Shown: one piece after another, positions 30,020 to 39,068 of the stretch
Numbering within the stretch: the stretch's first letter is position 1
How the letters are laid out: each line of letters starts with the position of its first letter
NCBI GenBank assembly: GCA_902781465.1
Contig: CACZJK010000001.1
Span: forward strand, 60,243-124,242
Length of the DNA: 64,000 nt
Source: an uncultured Pseudomonadota bacterium
GTDB taxonomy: Bacteria; Pseudomonadota; Alphaproteobacteria; Rs-D84
Reading direction: 5' to 3'
Position numbers and translations under genes: made by a program
The notes under the pieces: generated by a model
Seen by the model: only the letters and a program-made list of their open reading frames with translations
What the model was told of the DNA's origin: nothing
Databases searched by the model: none

Positions 30020-30210
30020 TTTGTCGGCAAGTATTTTGTCGGTGGGGTGTAGCTACCTCTGAAATAAATCGGCGTCTGGGAAAAAGCGGACGTAAAATGC
30101 TCCAACTGATAAAAATTTGGTTGGAGGGTTGCAAAATATACTGAATATGCACACAATTTCCGATTTAAATTGTAGCTAACCTCCAACCGCCCGATTTTCT
30201 GGCGGTTTTG
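30020..30210 (+). ncRNA. R1 structured leader RNA, copy 2 (upstream of family A gene)
   Basis: Promoter TTGCAA-N17-ATAAAAT. Long-range helix GGGGU-UAGCUA/UAGCUA-ACCUC. Hairpin 2 is CGUC..GACG, then CUCCAAC..GGUUGGAGGG, CCUCCAACCGCC and terminator CCGCCCGAUUUUCUGGCGG plus U4. Confidence 0.7.
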
Positions 30211-30236
30211 TTTGTAAAAAAACAAAAGAGGATACA

Positions 30237-30713
30237 ATGACAAAAATTATAATGATAATCGCCGGATTAATAACAACAATTCCAACATATGCAACAACAA
30301 TGTGCGCCGCAAATGATACCGTTGCCATCGTATTAGATCCAAGTATTGAAAAAATTGATATGGGTGCAGACGCTACAAGCCAAACTTGGTGGGCACAATT
30401 ACCCTTCGGACGCGTCAGCGGAACCGCAGCACTTATAAATAAAAACTGCACACAAGGTCAAGCCACATCAGAATTAACCGACATTGATAATAATGGTGAT
30501 ACAAAACGTATTGTGGGCGGTGAAAAATACGGCAAAGTTTGTTGGTGTAAATTGATACATCCTGCCATGTCTAAATGGGTTTGCAATGTTTATTCAGGCT
30601 ATTATAACGATAATTTTGGTTTTGATAGAGGTTCTTTAGCACATTGTGTTGGAATGTGTGCGACACTATTCGGAAGTATAAACTCCGGTCTTTTTGGTTC
30701 GATTGAAAACTAA
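30237..30713 (+). CDS. family A small secreted Cys-rich protein (TYATTMCA family)
   Basis: Signal peptide. Conserved with the 36822 and 55109 ORFs (PTYATTMCA.NDTV..VLDPSI, WWAQ.PFGRVSGTAA, VGGEKYG.VCWCK). Confidence 0.6.
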   Translation: MTKIIMIIAGLITTIPTYATTMCAANDTVAIVLDPSIEKIDMGADATSQTWWAQLPFGRVSGTAALINKNCTQGQATSELTDIDNNGDTKRIVGGEKYGKVCWCKLIHPAMSKWVCNVYSGYYNDNFGFDRGSLAHCVGMCATLFGSINSGLFGSIEN

Positions 30714-30756
30714 AAAAACACCGGCGATTGCCGGTGTTTTTATGACAAAGTTAATA

Positions 30757-31173
30757 TTATTTAACTGTTGTTGTTGCGTTACGGTTGTATTTCCAAACGT
30801 CTTCGCCAGAACCTTTAACCAATGGACGTTCTTTACCATAAGAAATTGTGGAAATACGAGATGGTGCTATGCCATCATGAACCAATACTGCCTTTGCAGC
30901 GTTTGCACGACGTGCACCCAATGCCAAGTTGTATTCTGTTGAACCACGTTCGTCGCAATTACCTGCGATTTGGATTTTTGTTCCTTCGTGGTTTTTCATA
31001 TACAAAGATTGACCCAACAAGTTGTTTTCTGCTTCGTCAGAAATTTCTGCTGAATTAAAAGCAAAGAAAACGCGTTGATTGTTCAAATCAGAAGGTTCAA
31101 CAATACCGGATCCACCGCAAGCGGCCAATAATCCAGCAACACCAGCTAATAAAGCAAAATTTAATACTTTCAT
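30757..31173 (-). CDS. pal: peptidoglycan-associated lipoprotein Pal
   Basis: Lipobox LLAACG and an OmpA-like domain (NLALGARRANAAKAVL). Confidence 0.75.
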   Translation of the reverse strand: MKVLNFALLAGVAGLLAACGGSGIVEPSDLNNQRVFFAFNSAEISDEAENNLLGQSLYMKNHEGTKIQIAGNCDERGSTEYNLALGARRANAAKAVLVHDGIAPSRISTISYGKERPLVKGSGEDVWKYNRNATTTVK

Positions 31174-31248
31174 GAAAATACTCCCTTGAGTTTTTGTTGC
31201 TCAGTGTATATTCTATATCAATGAATATTAAAAAGCAAGGAATAAAAC

Positions 31249-31992
31249 ATGGGAAATTATACGTTGCAAGATTTAAGTTTGGCCGGCGTTCGTTGGGAAC
31301 TGTCTGAAACGCCTTCGAAAGGCGATGTAAAAAAGGCACCTGTGCAACAAAATTTAATTTCAAACAAAGAATCCGCCAAGCCTGTTATTATACCGGCGGC
31401 GGCACCGATAACTTTGGATACTGTTAAATCTATGGTTGAACGTCCAAACGATGTTGAATCGCTGGTTCGTATGATTGCAGAATTCAATCATCCTTTGCGC
31501 GGTGGTGCCACAAACGTGGTTATGCCTAATATCGCAAAAAAGCCAAACGGATTGTTGATAATCACAGATCTGCCAAGTGCAGATGATGATATGTCTGGAA
31601 AAACATTATCTGGTCCGGCAGGCGAATTGACCGATAAAATGTTGTCTGCGATTGGAATGTCGCGCGAAAATGTTTCGATTGTTCCGTTATTATTCTGGCG
31701 CACACCCGGTGGTCGCACACCAAGTCGCGAAGAAATCGATTTATCAATGCCTTTCGTCAACAAAGTGATAGATATGTTGGCACCAAAAATAATTATAACC
31801 TTTGGAACTTTGGCGGCAACCGAAATAGCCCAAACAAACTTAACAGATAAACACGGCACAGAAATTACTGATTCCAAAGGGCGCACAATTATTCCAATGT
31901 ATCATCCTAATTATTTAATTTTGAAACCAAGTGCAAAAAAAGATGTTTGGGATGCACTGCAAAATATTCAAAAATTGTTGAAAAACCCTTAA
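31249..31992 (+). CDS. uracil-DNA glycosylase, family 4/5-like
   Basis: Motifs GPAGELTDKML..GMSRENVSIVPLLFWRTPGGRTPSREE and MYHPNYLI match the UDG family 4 pattern (GE.PG...G.PF.G.AG.LL / HPS.LLR). Confidence 0.5.
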   Translation: MGNYTLQDLSLAGVRWELSETPSKGDVKKAPVQQNLISNKESAKPVIIPAAAPITLDTVKSMVERPNDVESLVRMIAEFNHPLRGGATNVVMPNIAKKPNGLLIITDLPSADDDMSGKTLSGPAGELTDKMLSAIGMSRENVSIVPLLFWRTPGGRTPSREEIDLSMPFVNKVIDMLAPKIIITFGTLAATEIAQTNLTDKHGTEITDSKGRTIIPMYHPNYLILKPSAKKDVWDALQNIQKLLKNP

Positions 31993-32047
31993 AAATATTT
32001 AATAATTGGCGCATAAGTTAAAAAGGAGCACGACTATTAAACCTAAT

Positions 32048-32584
32048 ATGAATAACGGTAAAGCCCGCGATATGGGCCCACGTATGAACGAAAAAATATT
32101 TGCTAAATCTGTCCAGGTAATCAGTGCAGACGGCCAAAATCTGGGTGTTATGGAAACAGCGAATGCTTTGAATATGGCGTATGATATGGGGTTAGATTTG
32201 GTTGAAATCAACGCTAATTCTACACCTGTATTGGTTAAAATAATGGATTACGGCAAATTTAAGTATGAACAAAAAAAACGTGCGAACGAGGCACGCAAGA
32301 AACAAAAAACTATCGAATTAAAAGAAGTTTGGGTAAAACCTTTTATCGAAGAAAACGATTTGAATATCAAATTGAAAAAGGTTTTTGAATTCTTGGAAGA
32401 GGGCAATAAAGTAAAAATCGCCGTTATGACCAAAGGTGCAAAAAAAGTTTTGGCACGTGGTCGTGATGCTGTTCCACAATTGTTTGAACACATTACTGAA
32501 TTAATAGGTGACAAAGGAACGGTTGAATCAAAATCCAAACCAGACGAAAGAACAAAATCTATTATAATTGCGCCTGTGAAATAA
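32048..32584 (+). CDS. infC: translation initiation factor IF-3 (possibly initiating at an upstream ATT at about 32035)
   Basis: IF3 N- and C-terminal domain conservation (DGQNLGVMETANALNMAYDMGLDLVEI, PVLVKIMDYGKFKYE). Confidence 0.85.
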   Translation: MNNGKARDMGPRMNEKIFAKSVQVISADGQNLGVMETANALNMAYDMGLDLVEINANSTPVLVKIMDYGKFKYEQKKRANEARKKQKTIELKEVWVKPFIEENDLNIKLKKVFEFLEEGNKVKIAVMTKGAKKVLARGRDAVPQLFEHITELIGDKGTVESKSKPDERTKSIIIAPVK

Positions 32585-32585
32585 A

Positions 32586-32609
32586 CACCGCCCAACGGGC
32601 GGTTTTTTT
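32586..32609 (+). terminator. rho-independent terminator
   Basis: CACCGCCCAACGGGCGG followed by U7. Confidence 0.6.
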
Positions 32610-32674
32610 ATTCCTTTATTTGTTGCAAATCGTGGTTTTATGCGGTATCTTAATCGAAAACGAAAGGGTGTAAA

Positions 32675-32878
32675 ATGGATACAAATAAACTTTCTTTTGA
32701 AGAAGCATATAAACAACTGACTGAACTTGTTCAAAAAATGGAAAGTGGCGAAATGCCTTTGGCTGATTCTGTTGCGGCATACGAACAAGGAATTAAATTA
32801 AAGGCATATTGCGAACAATTGTTAAAAGAAGCAGAATTAAAAATCGAAACTTTGAAAGTGACAAGTGCTGGTGAATAA
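32675..32878 (+). CDS. xseB: exodeoxyribonuclease VII small subunit
   Basis: 67 aa with LSFEEAYKQLTELVQKMESGEMPLADSVAAYEQG. Confidence 0.8.
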   Translation: MDTNKLSFEEAYKQLTELVQKMESGEMPLADSVAAYEQGIKLKAYCEQLLKEAELKIETLKVTSAGE

Positions 32879-32879
32879 T

Positions 32880-35393
32880 ATGGCCGAAAAAAATAAACTT
32901 TCACCTGTGATGCAACAATATGTTGATATGAAGTCTGAAAATCCAGACGCGCTTTTGATGTTCCGTCTGGGCGATTTTTACGAGGCTTTTTTCGAAGATG
33001 CAAAAACAGTAAGTGAAACACTTTCTTTGGTTTTAACTCATCGTGGTACAGATGGCTTTGGCGTTGATGTTCCAATGTGTGGTATTCCATGGCATGCGTC
33101 CGATAATTATTTTGGAAGATTGGTCAAGGCCGGATTCAAAGTCGCGCTTGTTGAACAAATGGAAACACCACAACAGGCGAAACAACGCGGTCATAAATAT
33201 ATTGAAAGAAAAGTTGTACGCGTTTTAACACCTGGCACACTGACAGATGAAAATTTATTAACACCAAAAAAATCTAATTTTTTGATTTCTATTGTGCCTG
33301 TTAATGGCGCTAAATTTGACTTGGCCGGTTGTGATATATCCACTGGTGAATTTTTTATTGGCGAAACAGATTCTATTATTGACGATATGATTCGCATCAA
33401 TCCTGCGGAAATAATCTATCCAGAAAGTAATGCGGAAAATCAGATAATTAAAAATCTGCGCGAAATATACAAGACAACGCCAGTATATGAAAAATTATAT
33501 TTGCGTTCTGATATCAATTTAATTGTATCGCATGTATTTGGCGGAAATGTAAAATCTGACAATAATGAAAACGTTTCTGCAATAAGATTGTTGGCCGGTT
33601 ATTTATTTAATACACAAAGGGGCGCAAATATATCTTTCCGTGCACCTTATTCTTTCAAATCAGGTCGTCAATTATTGATTGATTCGTCAACTTGGAAAAG
33701 TTTGGAAATAGACGCACCGATAAACGACGGTGGAACTTGTTTGCTTGATGTATTGGATCAAACAAAAACCGCCGGTGGCGCGCGTAAATTGCGTTCTTAT
33801 CTGCGAACATTACCAGGCGATATAGACACTATTCACGAACGTCAGGAACACATCGGACATTTACTATTAAACCATTCATTGATGGCAGAAATTACTTCCG
33901 TTTTGACACGCACACCTGATGTTAATCGTGCTTTATCAAGATTATTATCGGGACGCGGCACACCACGTGATTTGAAAAATGTTTCTGAATTTTTATCAAT
34001 ACTCGACACTATTAAAATCGTGGGACAGAAACTGGATACAACACTGGCAAACAAATTTGCAGGTATCAATACTCACGATAATTTGACCAGTGAATTAATA
34101 TTGGCACTGAACGATGAATTGCCTACATTTTTCCGCGACGGTAATGTGATTAAAAAAGGATTTAATATATCACTTGATAAGATGCGCGAATTATCACATG
34201 GTGCAATAGAAACCATTGCTGGATTACAGGCAGAATATATAAACGAAACCGGAATAAACACGTTAAAAATAAAATATAATAATATACTTGGTTATTTTAT
34301 AGAGGTTCCGTCCGCACGCGCTGATACTTTGATGGCACCAGAATCAGGATTTATACATCGTCAAACCATGGCGGGCAACATGCGTTTTACAACGACTGAA
34401 TTGATTGATTTAGATAATGATATACGCAGTGCATCTGAAAAAGCCGCCGCGATAGAATCTGATATCATAAACGAATTTATCGAAAAGATTCGTGCTGTTT
34501 CTAATGATTTGATGAATACGGCAGATTTGGTGGCCGATATCGACGTGTGGTTATCTTTGGCAAATGTCGCAGACCTTTATTCTTGGGTTCGTCCAACGAT
34601 AACAACCAACAATGAATTTGAAATAATTGGCGGACGCCATCCTGTTATTGAATATGTCTTGCGCAAGACAGGCGACAGTTTTGTTAAAAATGATTGTGAT
34701 TTAAATAACGAACCAATCGCATTGTTAACAGGACCAAATATGGCCGGTAAATCAACATATTTGCGTCAAAATGCTATATTGGTGGTATTATCACATTTGG
34801 GTTCTTTTGTTCCGGCTACATCGGCTAAAATTGGTATTTGTGACCAATTATTCAGTCGTGTTGGTGCCTCTGATAACCTGGCGGCGGGTCAATCAACATT
34901 TATGGTTGAAATGGTTGAAACTTCAAATATATTGAATCGCGCAACTGAAAAATCTTTTATTATATTTGATGAAATAGGGCGCGGAACATCAACATTTGAC
35001 GGCATGGCAATTGCCCAGGCAGTCCTTGAATACCTTAATGAATTGGGGGCGCGTACATTGTTCGCAACTCACTATCACGAATTAACCAGATTGGTGGTGA
35101 ACGAAAACCTGAACAAAGTTGTGTGTTTGACTATTGATGTTCGCGAACATAATAATGACATTATATTCTTGCATAAAATAATAAACGGTGTAGCCAATCG
35201 TTCTTATGGAATTGCGGTTGCAAAAATGGCTGGTATGCCGGAAAAGATAGTAAAAAGGGCGGAATCTGTCCTGGAAAACCTGGAATCAGATACACTAAAC
35301 ACGACAACTGTTATCGCAGAACACAAAAAATCATCGGTAAAGCCTATTGTGGCCGAAGAAAAATCAAATTCACAATTATCATTATTTGGGTAA
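32880..35393 (+). CDS. mutS: DNA mismatch repair protein MutS
   Basis: TPVMQQY motif, Walker A GPNMAGKST and the MutS domain architecture. Start ATG at 32880. Confidence 0.9.
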   Translation: MAEKNKLSPVMQQYVDMKSENPDALLMFRLGDFYEAFFEDAKTVSETLSLVLTHRGTDGFGVDVPMCGIPWHASDNYFGRLVKAGFKVALVEQMETPQQAKQRGHKYIERKVVRVLTPGTLTDENLLTPKKSNFLISIVPVNGAKFDLAGCDISTGEFFIGETDSIIDDMIRINPAEIIYPESNAENQIIKNLREIYKTTPVYEKLYLRSDINLIVSHVFGGNVKSDNNENVSAIRLLAGYLFNTQRGANISFRAPYSFKSGRQLLIDSSTWKSLEIDAPINDGGTCLLDVLDQTKTAGGARKLRSYLRTLPGDIDTIHERQEHIGHLLLNHSLMAEITSVLTRTPDVNRALSRLLSGRGTPRDLKNVSEFLSILDTIKIVGQKLDTTLANKFAGINTHDNLTSELILALNDELPTFFRDGNVIKKGFNISLDKMRELSHGAIETIAGLQAEYINETGINTLKIKYNNILGYFIEVPSARADTLMAPESGFIHRQTMAGNMRFTTTELIDLDNDIRSASEKAAAIESDIINEFIEKIRAVSNDLMNTADLVADIDVWLSLANVADLYSWVRPTITTNNEFEIIGGRHPVIEYVLRKTGDSFVKNDCDLNNEPIALLTGPNMAGKSTYLRQNAILVVLSHLGSFVPATSAKIGICDQLFSRVGASDNLAAGQSTFMVEMVETSNILNRATEKSFIIFDEIGRGTSTFDGMAIAQAVLEYLNELGARTLFATHYHELTRLVVNENLNKVVCLTIDVREHNNDIIFLHKIINGVANRSYGIAVAKMAGMPEKIVKRAESVLENLESDTLNTTTVIAEHKKSSVKPIVAEEKSNSQLSLFG

Positions 35394-35397
35394 GCAA

Positions 35398-36267
35398 ATG
35401 GATGGATTTATAATATTAGACAAGGATACTGACGTTTTCAGCAGGACGGCCGGTTGGCGCATTGCCAAAATGTTTAATACCAGAAAGTTCGGACATATTG
35501 GAACCTTGGACCCAATGGCCAGTGGTGTTTTACCGATTGCGATTGGCAATGCCACAAAAATGATTCCTTTTATCGAAGAAGTATGTGAAAACAAAAAAGA
35601 GTACCTGTTCGGGCTTCAATTCGGAATTGATACAGATTCGCTGGATATAACTGGAAACATAAAAGCAACCAATGATATTATCCCAAATGAAGCAGATGTT
35701 ATCGATGCCTGTCAAAAAATAGAAAGAACAACTGAACAAATTCCACCACAATTTTCTGCGGTTCACATAGATGGCAAACGCGCATACGAATTGGCACGCG
35801 CCGGGAAAGATATAGAAATGGCGCCACGACCAATAACCATCTATGAATTGGAATATATCGGCAAAAAAGATAAAGAATACAATTTCAGGGTTGTCTGTTC
35901 ACGTGGAACTTATGTTCGTTCAATCGTTCGCGATATTGCAAAATTATGCGGTGCAATTGCCACAACAACATATATACGCAGAACGAAAACAAACGGGTTT
36001 TCGATAAAAAATGCTGTAAAACTTGATTTTTTGGAAAATCTGGTTAATAATAACGTCAGCATTGAATCATATTTGATGCAACCTGATTGTGCACTGGGGG
36101 ACATTCCGGTAATCAATCTGGGGGATAAAGATATCGAACTTTACCGGAACGGTGGCTTTATCAAAACCGATGAAAAGAACGGATTATATCGCGTTTATTC
36201 GAACAAAACCTTTGTTGGAATAGGTCGCATAAAAGACGGAACACTTCATCCAAAACGAACAATCTAG
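35398..36267 (+). CDS. truB: tRNA pseudouridine(55) synthase
   Basis: GHIGTLDPMASGVL catalytic motif. Confidence 0.85.
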   Translation: MDGFIILDKDTDVFSRTAGWRIAKMFNTRKFGHIGTLDPMASGVLPIAIGNATKMIPFIEEVCENKKEYLFGLQFGIDTDSLDITGNIKATNDIIPNEADVIDACQKIERTTEQIPPQFSAVHIDGKRAYELARAGKDIEMAPRPITIYELEYIGKKDKEYNFRVVCSRGTYVRSIVRDIAKLCGAIATTTYIRRTKTNGFSIKNAVKLDFLENLVNNNVSIESYLMQPDCALGDIPVINLGDKDIELYRNGGFIKTDEKNGLYRVYSNKTFVGIGRIKDGTLHPKRTI

Positions 36268-36282
36268 AAAAAAGGAATAACA

Positions 36283-36555
36283 ATGTCCGTAACAAAAGAA
36301 AGAAAAAGCGAATTGGTCAAAGCATTCAAAAACAGCGAACACGATAATGGTGGTTCTGCTGCGGCACAGGTTGCAGTTTTGACAGAACGCATTCGTAATT
36401 TAACAGAACATATGAAAGCCAATCACAAAGACGAACACTCTAAACGTGGTTTGTTATTGATGGTTAACCGTCGTAAAAAACTGTTAAGATATATCAAGGA
36501 TAACAATCCTGGTGAATACGAAGAACTTATTAAAAAATTGGGGCTTCGTAAATAA
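36283..36555 (+). CDS. rpsO: 30S ribosomal protein S15
   Basis: 90 aa, conserved across the full length of S15. Confidence 0.9.
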   Translation: MSVTKERKSELVKAFKNSEHDNGGSAAAQVAVLTERIRNLTEHMKANHKDEHSKRGLLLMVNRRKKLLRYIKDNNPGEYEELIKKLGLRK

Positions 36556-36556
36556 A

Positions 36557-36583
36557 AACACCGCCGATTGGCGGTTTTTTTAT
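36557..36583 (+). terminator. rho-independent terminator
   Basis: ACACCGCCGAUUGGCGG followed by U7. Confidence 0.6.
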
Positions 36584-36623
36584 TTTTCTCTTTTTTTAAT
36601 AAATAATGTTTGCTAGAATATAT

Positions 36624-36806
36624 CTGTCAGCAAGAGTTTTGCTGATGAGGCTTAGAAACCTGCTTCGATATGCGTCCACAAGAAGACGTTAATTCTCCAA
36701 TCAATAATTTGGTTGGAGGGCTGTGATATACATAAATAAACGGCGCAATCTCATATCGAATTGTTTCTAACCTCCAACCGCCCGATTTTCTGGCGGTATT
36801 TTTTCG
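36624..36806 (+). ncRNA. R1 structured leader RNA, copy 3 (upstream of family A gene)
   Basis: -10 TAGAAT. Hairpin UCAGCAA-GAGU-UUGCUGA is followed by long-range helix UUAGAAAC/GUUUCUAA. Hairpin 2 is CGUC-cacaagaa-GACG, then CUCCAA..GGUUGGAGGG, CCUCCAACCGCC and terminator CCGCCCGAUUUUCUGGCGG plus U. Confidence 0.7.
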
Positions 36807-36821
36807 AAATGGAGGAAACAA

Positions 36822-37292
36822 ATGAAACGATTTTTTATAATATCAGCATTAACAATAATAATGCCAACATACGCAACAACAATGTGCGCCCAAAATGACA
36901 CAGTCGCAGTTATATTAGATCCATCAATAATTGCAACAAGTTATGGTTCTGATGCAACAACTGGAACATGGTGGGCGCAATTCCCGTTTGGTCGAGTTAG
37001 TGGTACTGCCGCTATGCTAAATAAATCATGTACCCAAGGTCAAGCAATATCACAATTAACCGATACAAATAACGGTGAAACTAAATTGGTTGTTGGGGGT
37101 GAAAAATACGGTCGTGTTTGTTGGTGTAAAATAACACACCCGACAACATCTAAATGGGTGTGTAATATAACCGCAATTAACTATGGTGGCAGTGATTTCA
37201 CCGGATGTGTAAATTTGTGCGGACGGTTTTTGACAAACACCTATCACAATAGTGCATTAGAATCAGGTTTATTTGGTTCAATTTCAAATTAA
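36822..37292 (+). CDS. family A small secreted Cys-rich protein
   Basis: Paralog of 30237-30713. SD GGAGG is 8 nt upstream. Confidence 0.6.
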   Translation: MKRFFIISALTIIMPTYATTMCAQNDTVAVILDPSIIATSYGSDATTGTWWAQFPFGRVSGTAAMLNKSCTQGQAISQLTDTNNGETKLVVGGEKYGRVCWCKITHPTTSKWVCNITAINYGGSDFTGCVNLCGRFLTNTYHNSALESGLFGSISN

Positions 37293-37314
37293 AAACCGGT
37301 ATTTACCGGTTTTT

Positions 37315-37788
37315 TTATTGCAGATTTTTTCTTTTTCTGAATTCATCCAATGATACAACGCGTTTATCATCTGGGACAGTGCCTGGTTTTTCTTCCAATG
37401 GCAATTCAGGGGCATCTGTCGTTTGTTCGGCCGCTTTTTGACGCGGATGAAAAGATAACATAAATTCTGTTGATGGATCTTTGAATTCAACCAGCGCAGC
37501 AAACGGAACGCGTATAAAAAATGGACGCCCATCAAATGTCAATTGGACCCCAAATTCTTTGTCCGAAACATTAAGATTATTATAAGAATATTGTAAAACT
37601 ATTGTCATAGTGTCCGGATATCTTATTCGCAAAAAGTCCGGCAATACCACACCCGGTGCACGCGTCTTGAAAGTGATAAAAAATCCAGCATCATCACCCA
37701 GTCCGTTATATTGTGCGTATATAAGTGCTTCCTTGACAACGGATTTCAATGCGTTATCTAATAATTGTTGATAATCTATTTTATGCAT
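37315..37788 (-). CDS. SspB-like ClpXP adaptor (stringent starvation protein B family)
   Basis: The pattern FFITFKTRAPGVVLPDFLRIRYPDTMTIVLQ...LTFDGRPFFIRVPFAALVEF fits the SspB fold signature. It has an acidic and Pro-rich linker tail and overlaps recF. Confidence 0.45.
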   Translation of the reverse strand: MHKIDYQQLLDNALKSVVKEALIYAQYNGLGDDAGFFITFKTRAPGVVLPDFLRIRYPDTMTIVLQYSYNNLNVSDKEFGVQLTFDGRPFFIRVPFAALVEFKDPSTEFMLSFHPRQKAAEQTTDAPELPLEEKPGTVPDDKRVVSLDEFRKRKNLQ

Positions 37789-38869
37789 CTTTATTCTCCG
37801 CTTTTACTATATTACTTATACGCCCATCAACGCAAGTGACAAATAAAGCATTTGGAACATCGCTGAATATATTTGAATCGATTCCGGTTGCAAAAACCTG
37901 AGCATCGGCGGCGTTAAGGTCATTGAATAATTTTGTTCGTGCCGCGCTGTCCAGATGTGCGGCCGCTTCGTCCAATAAAATGATTGGTTGGGCACCTGTT
38001 TTTATATGTATCAATTTTGCATGCGCCAATATCAAATCAATCAATATAGACTTTTGTTGACCTGTTGAAGTTATTTGTGCCGGCAAATCTAATTTCTTAT
38101 TAAACACCCCAAAATCAGACTTATGCACACCATCAATCACCATTTTATCACCGGTCAATTCGCGATTATTTTGCAAATATTCAAAATACTTTTTTTCGGC
38201 CAAAGCGGCTGTATTTTCCAAGGACAATCTTTCAACCAGTCCATCGACAGAAACTGCGCCAGTTTCAAAGAAATAATTTATTTCTGATGCATATCTTATA
38301 CGCATCGCAGCAATCGAAACAGAAGTTGCCGCAATTTGTTCATCCAGCACATTCAACCAATTATTATCTGCACCGCTTTTTATTGCACCAGCGCGTTCAG
38401 ACATCAATTTATTCAGGCGCGCCAAACGCCCCATGTGCGATGGTTCAAAAGATGCCGCCAATCTATCAAAAAAAGCCCGTCTGTCTGCGGCAGATTCTAC
38501 GAAAATTCTGTCTTCTTTTGGGGTCAACCAAACAATGCGCAATTTTTTAGAAAGTTCTGACAACGCCACATTTTCATTGTCTATTTTTGCATGACGATTT
38601 GTATCGCCAGGATTCAAGAATACACAAATATCAGTTTCATCAACTGTTGTTGCAAACACTGAAAAACCACTGTCCCCGTTAAAGCGCGCCATTGTTTGAA
38701 TATCTGCGCCACGCAAACCTTTTTCACCACAAAGCAAAGACAGTGCTTCCAATACCGCGGTTTTGCCGGCACCATTTAATCCTGTAATAATAATATTTTT
38801 TGCGCCATCAATTTTGATTCGCGACGAAGTGTGATTTCTGAAATTAGTAAGAGTAATTTGATTAATCAT
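37781..38869 (-). CDS. recF: DNA replication and repair protein RecF
   Basis: Walker A GLNGAGKT and the SMC-like RecF signature. Start MINQITL at 38869 sits just downstream of tRNA-Cys. Confidence 0.85.
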   Translation of the reverse strand: MINQITLTNFRNHTSSRIKIDGAKNIIITGLNGAGKTAVLEALSLLCGEKGLRGADIQTMARFNGDSGFSVFATTVDETDICVFLNPGDTNRHAKIDNENVALSELSKKLRIVWLTPKEDRIFVESAADRRAFFDRLAASFEPSHMGRLARLNKLMSERAGAIKSGADNNWLNVLDEQIAATSVSIAAMRIRYASEINYFFETGAVSVDGLVERLSLENTAALAEKKYFEYLQNNRELTGDKMVIDGVHKSDFGVFNKKLDLPAQITSTGQQKSILIDLILAHAKLIHIKTGAQPIILLDEAAAHLDSAARTKLFNDLNAADAQVFATGIDSNIFSDVPNALFVTCVDGRISNIVKAENKDA

Positions 38870-38877
38870 TTTTAATT

Positions 38878-38951
38878 TGGAGGCCAGGGTCGGAATCGAA
38901 CCGGCATCCAAGGATTTGCAGTCCTCTGCATAACCACTCTGCCACCTGGCC
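38878..38951 (-). tRNA. tRNA-Cys (anticodon GCA)
   Basis: Reverse complement GGCCAGGTGGCAGAGTGGTTATGCAGAGGACTGCAAATCCTTGGATGCCGGTTCGATTCCGACCCTGGCCTCCA has anticodon loop CTGCAAA and is collinear with E. coli tRNA-Cys. Confidence 0.85.
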
Positions 38952-39068
38952 TTTGACGTAAGGCTATCTTAGGCAAAAAATAAATAATTTTCAACATAAA
39001 AATTTACGGTTTTCCAAATGAATTTGTTCCGATATTTTTTAAGGCAAAAATCAGATATCTTATATATT

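Noticed and set aside
38878-38951. The minus-strand tRNA initially looked like tRNA-Ser.
   Set aside because: It is 74 nt with no long variable arm. The anticodon loop is CTGCAAA (GCA) and the sequence is collinear with E. coli tRNA-Cys, so it is tRNA-Cys.
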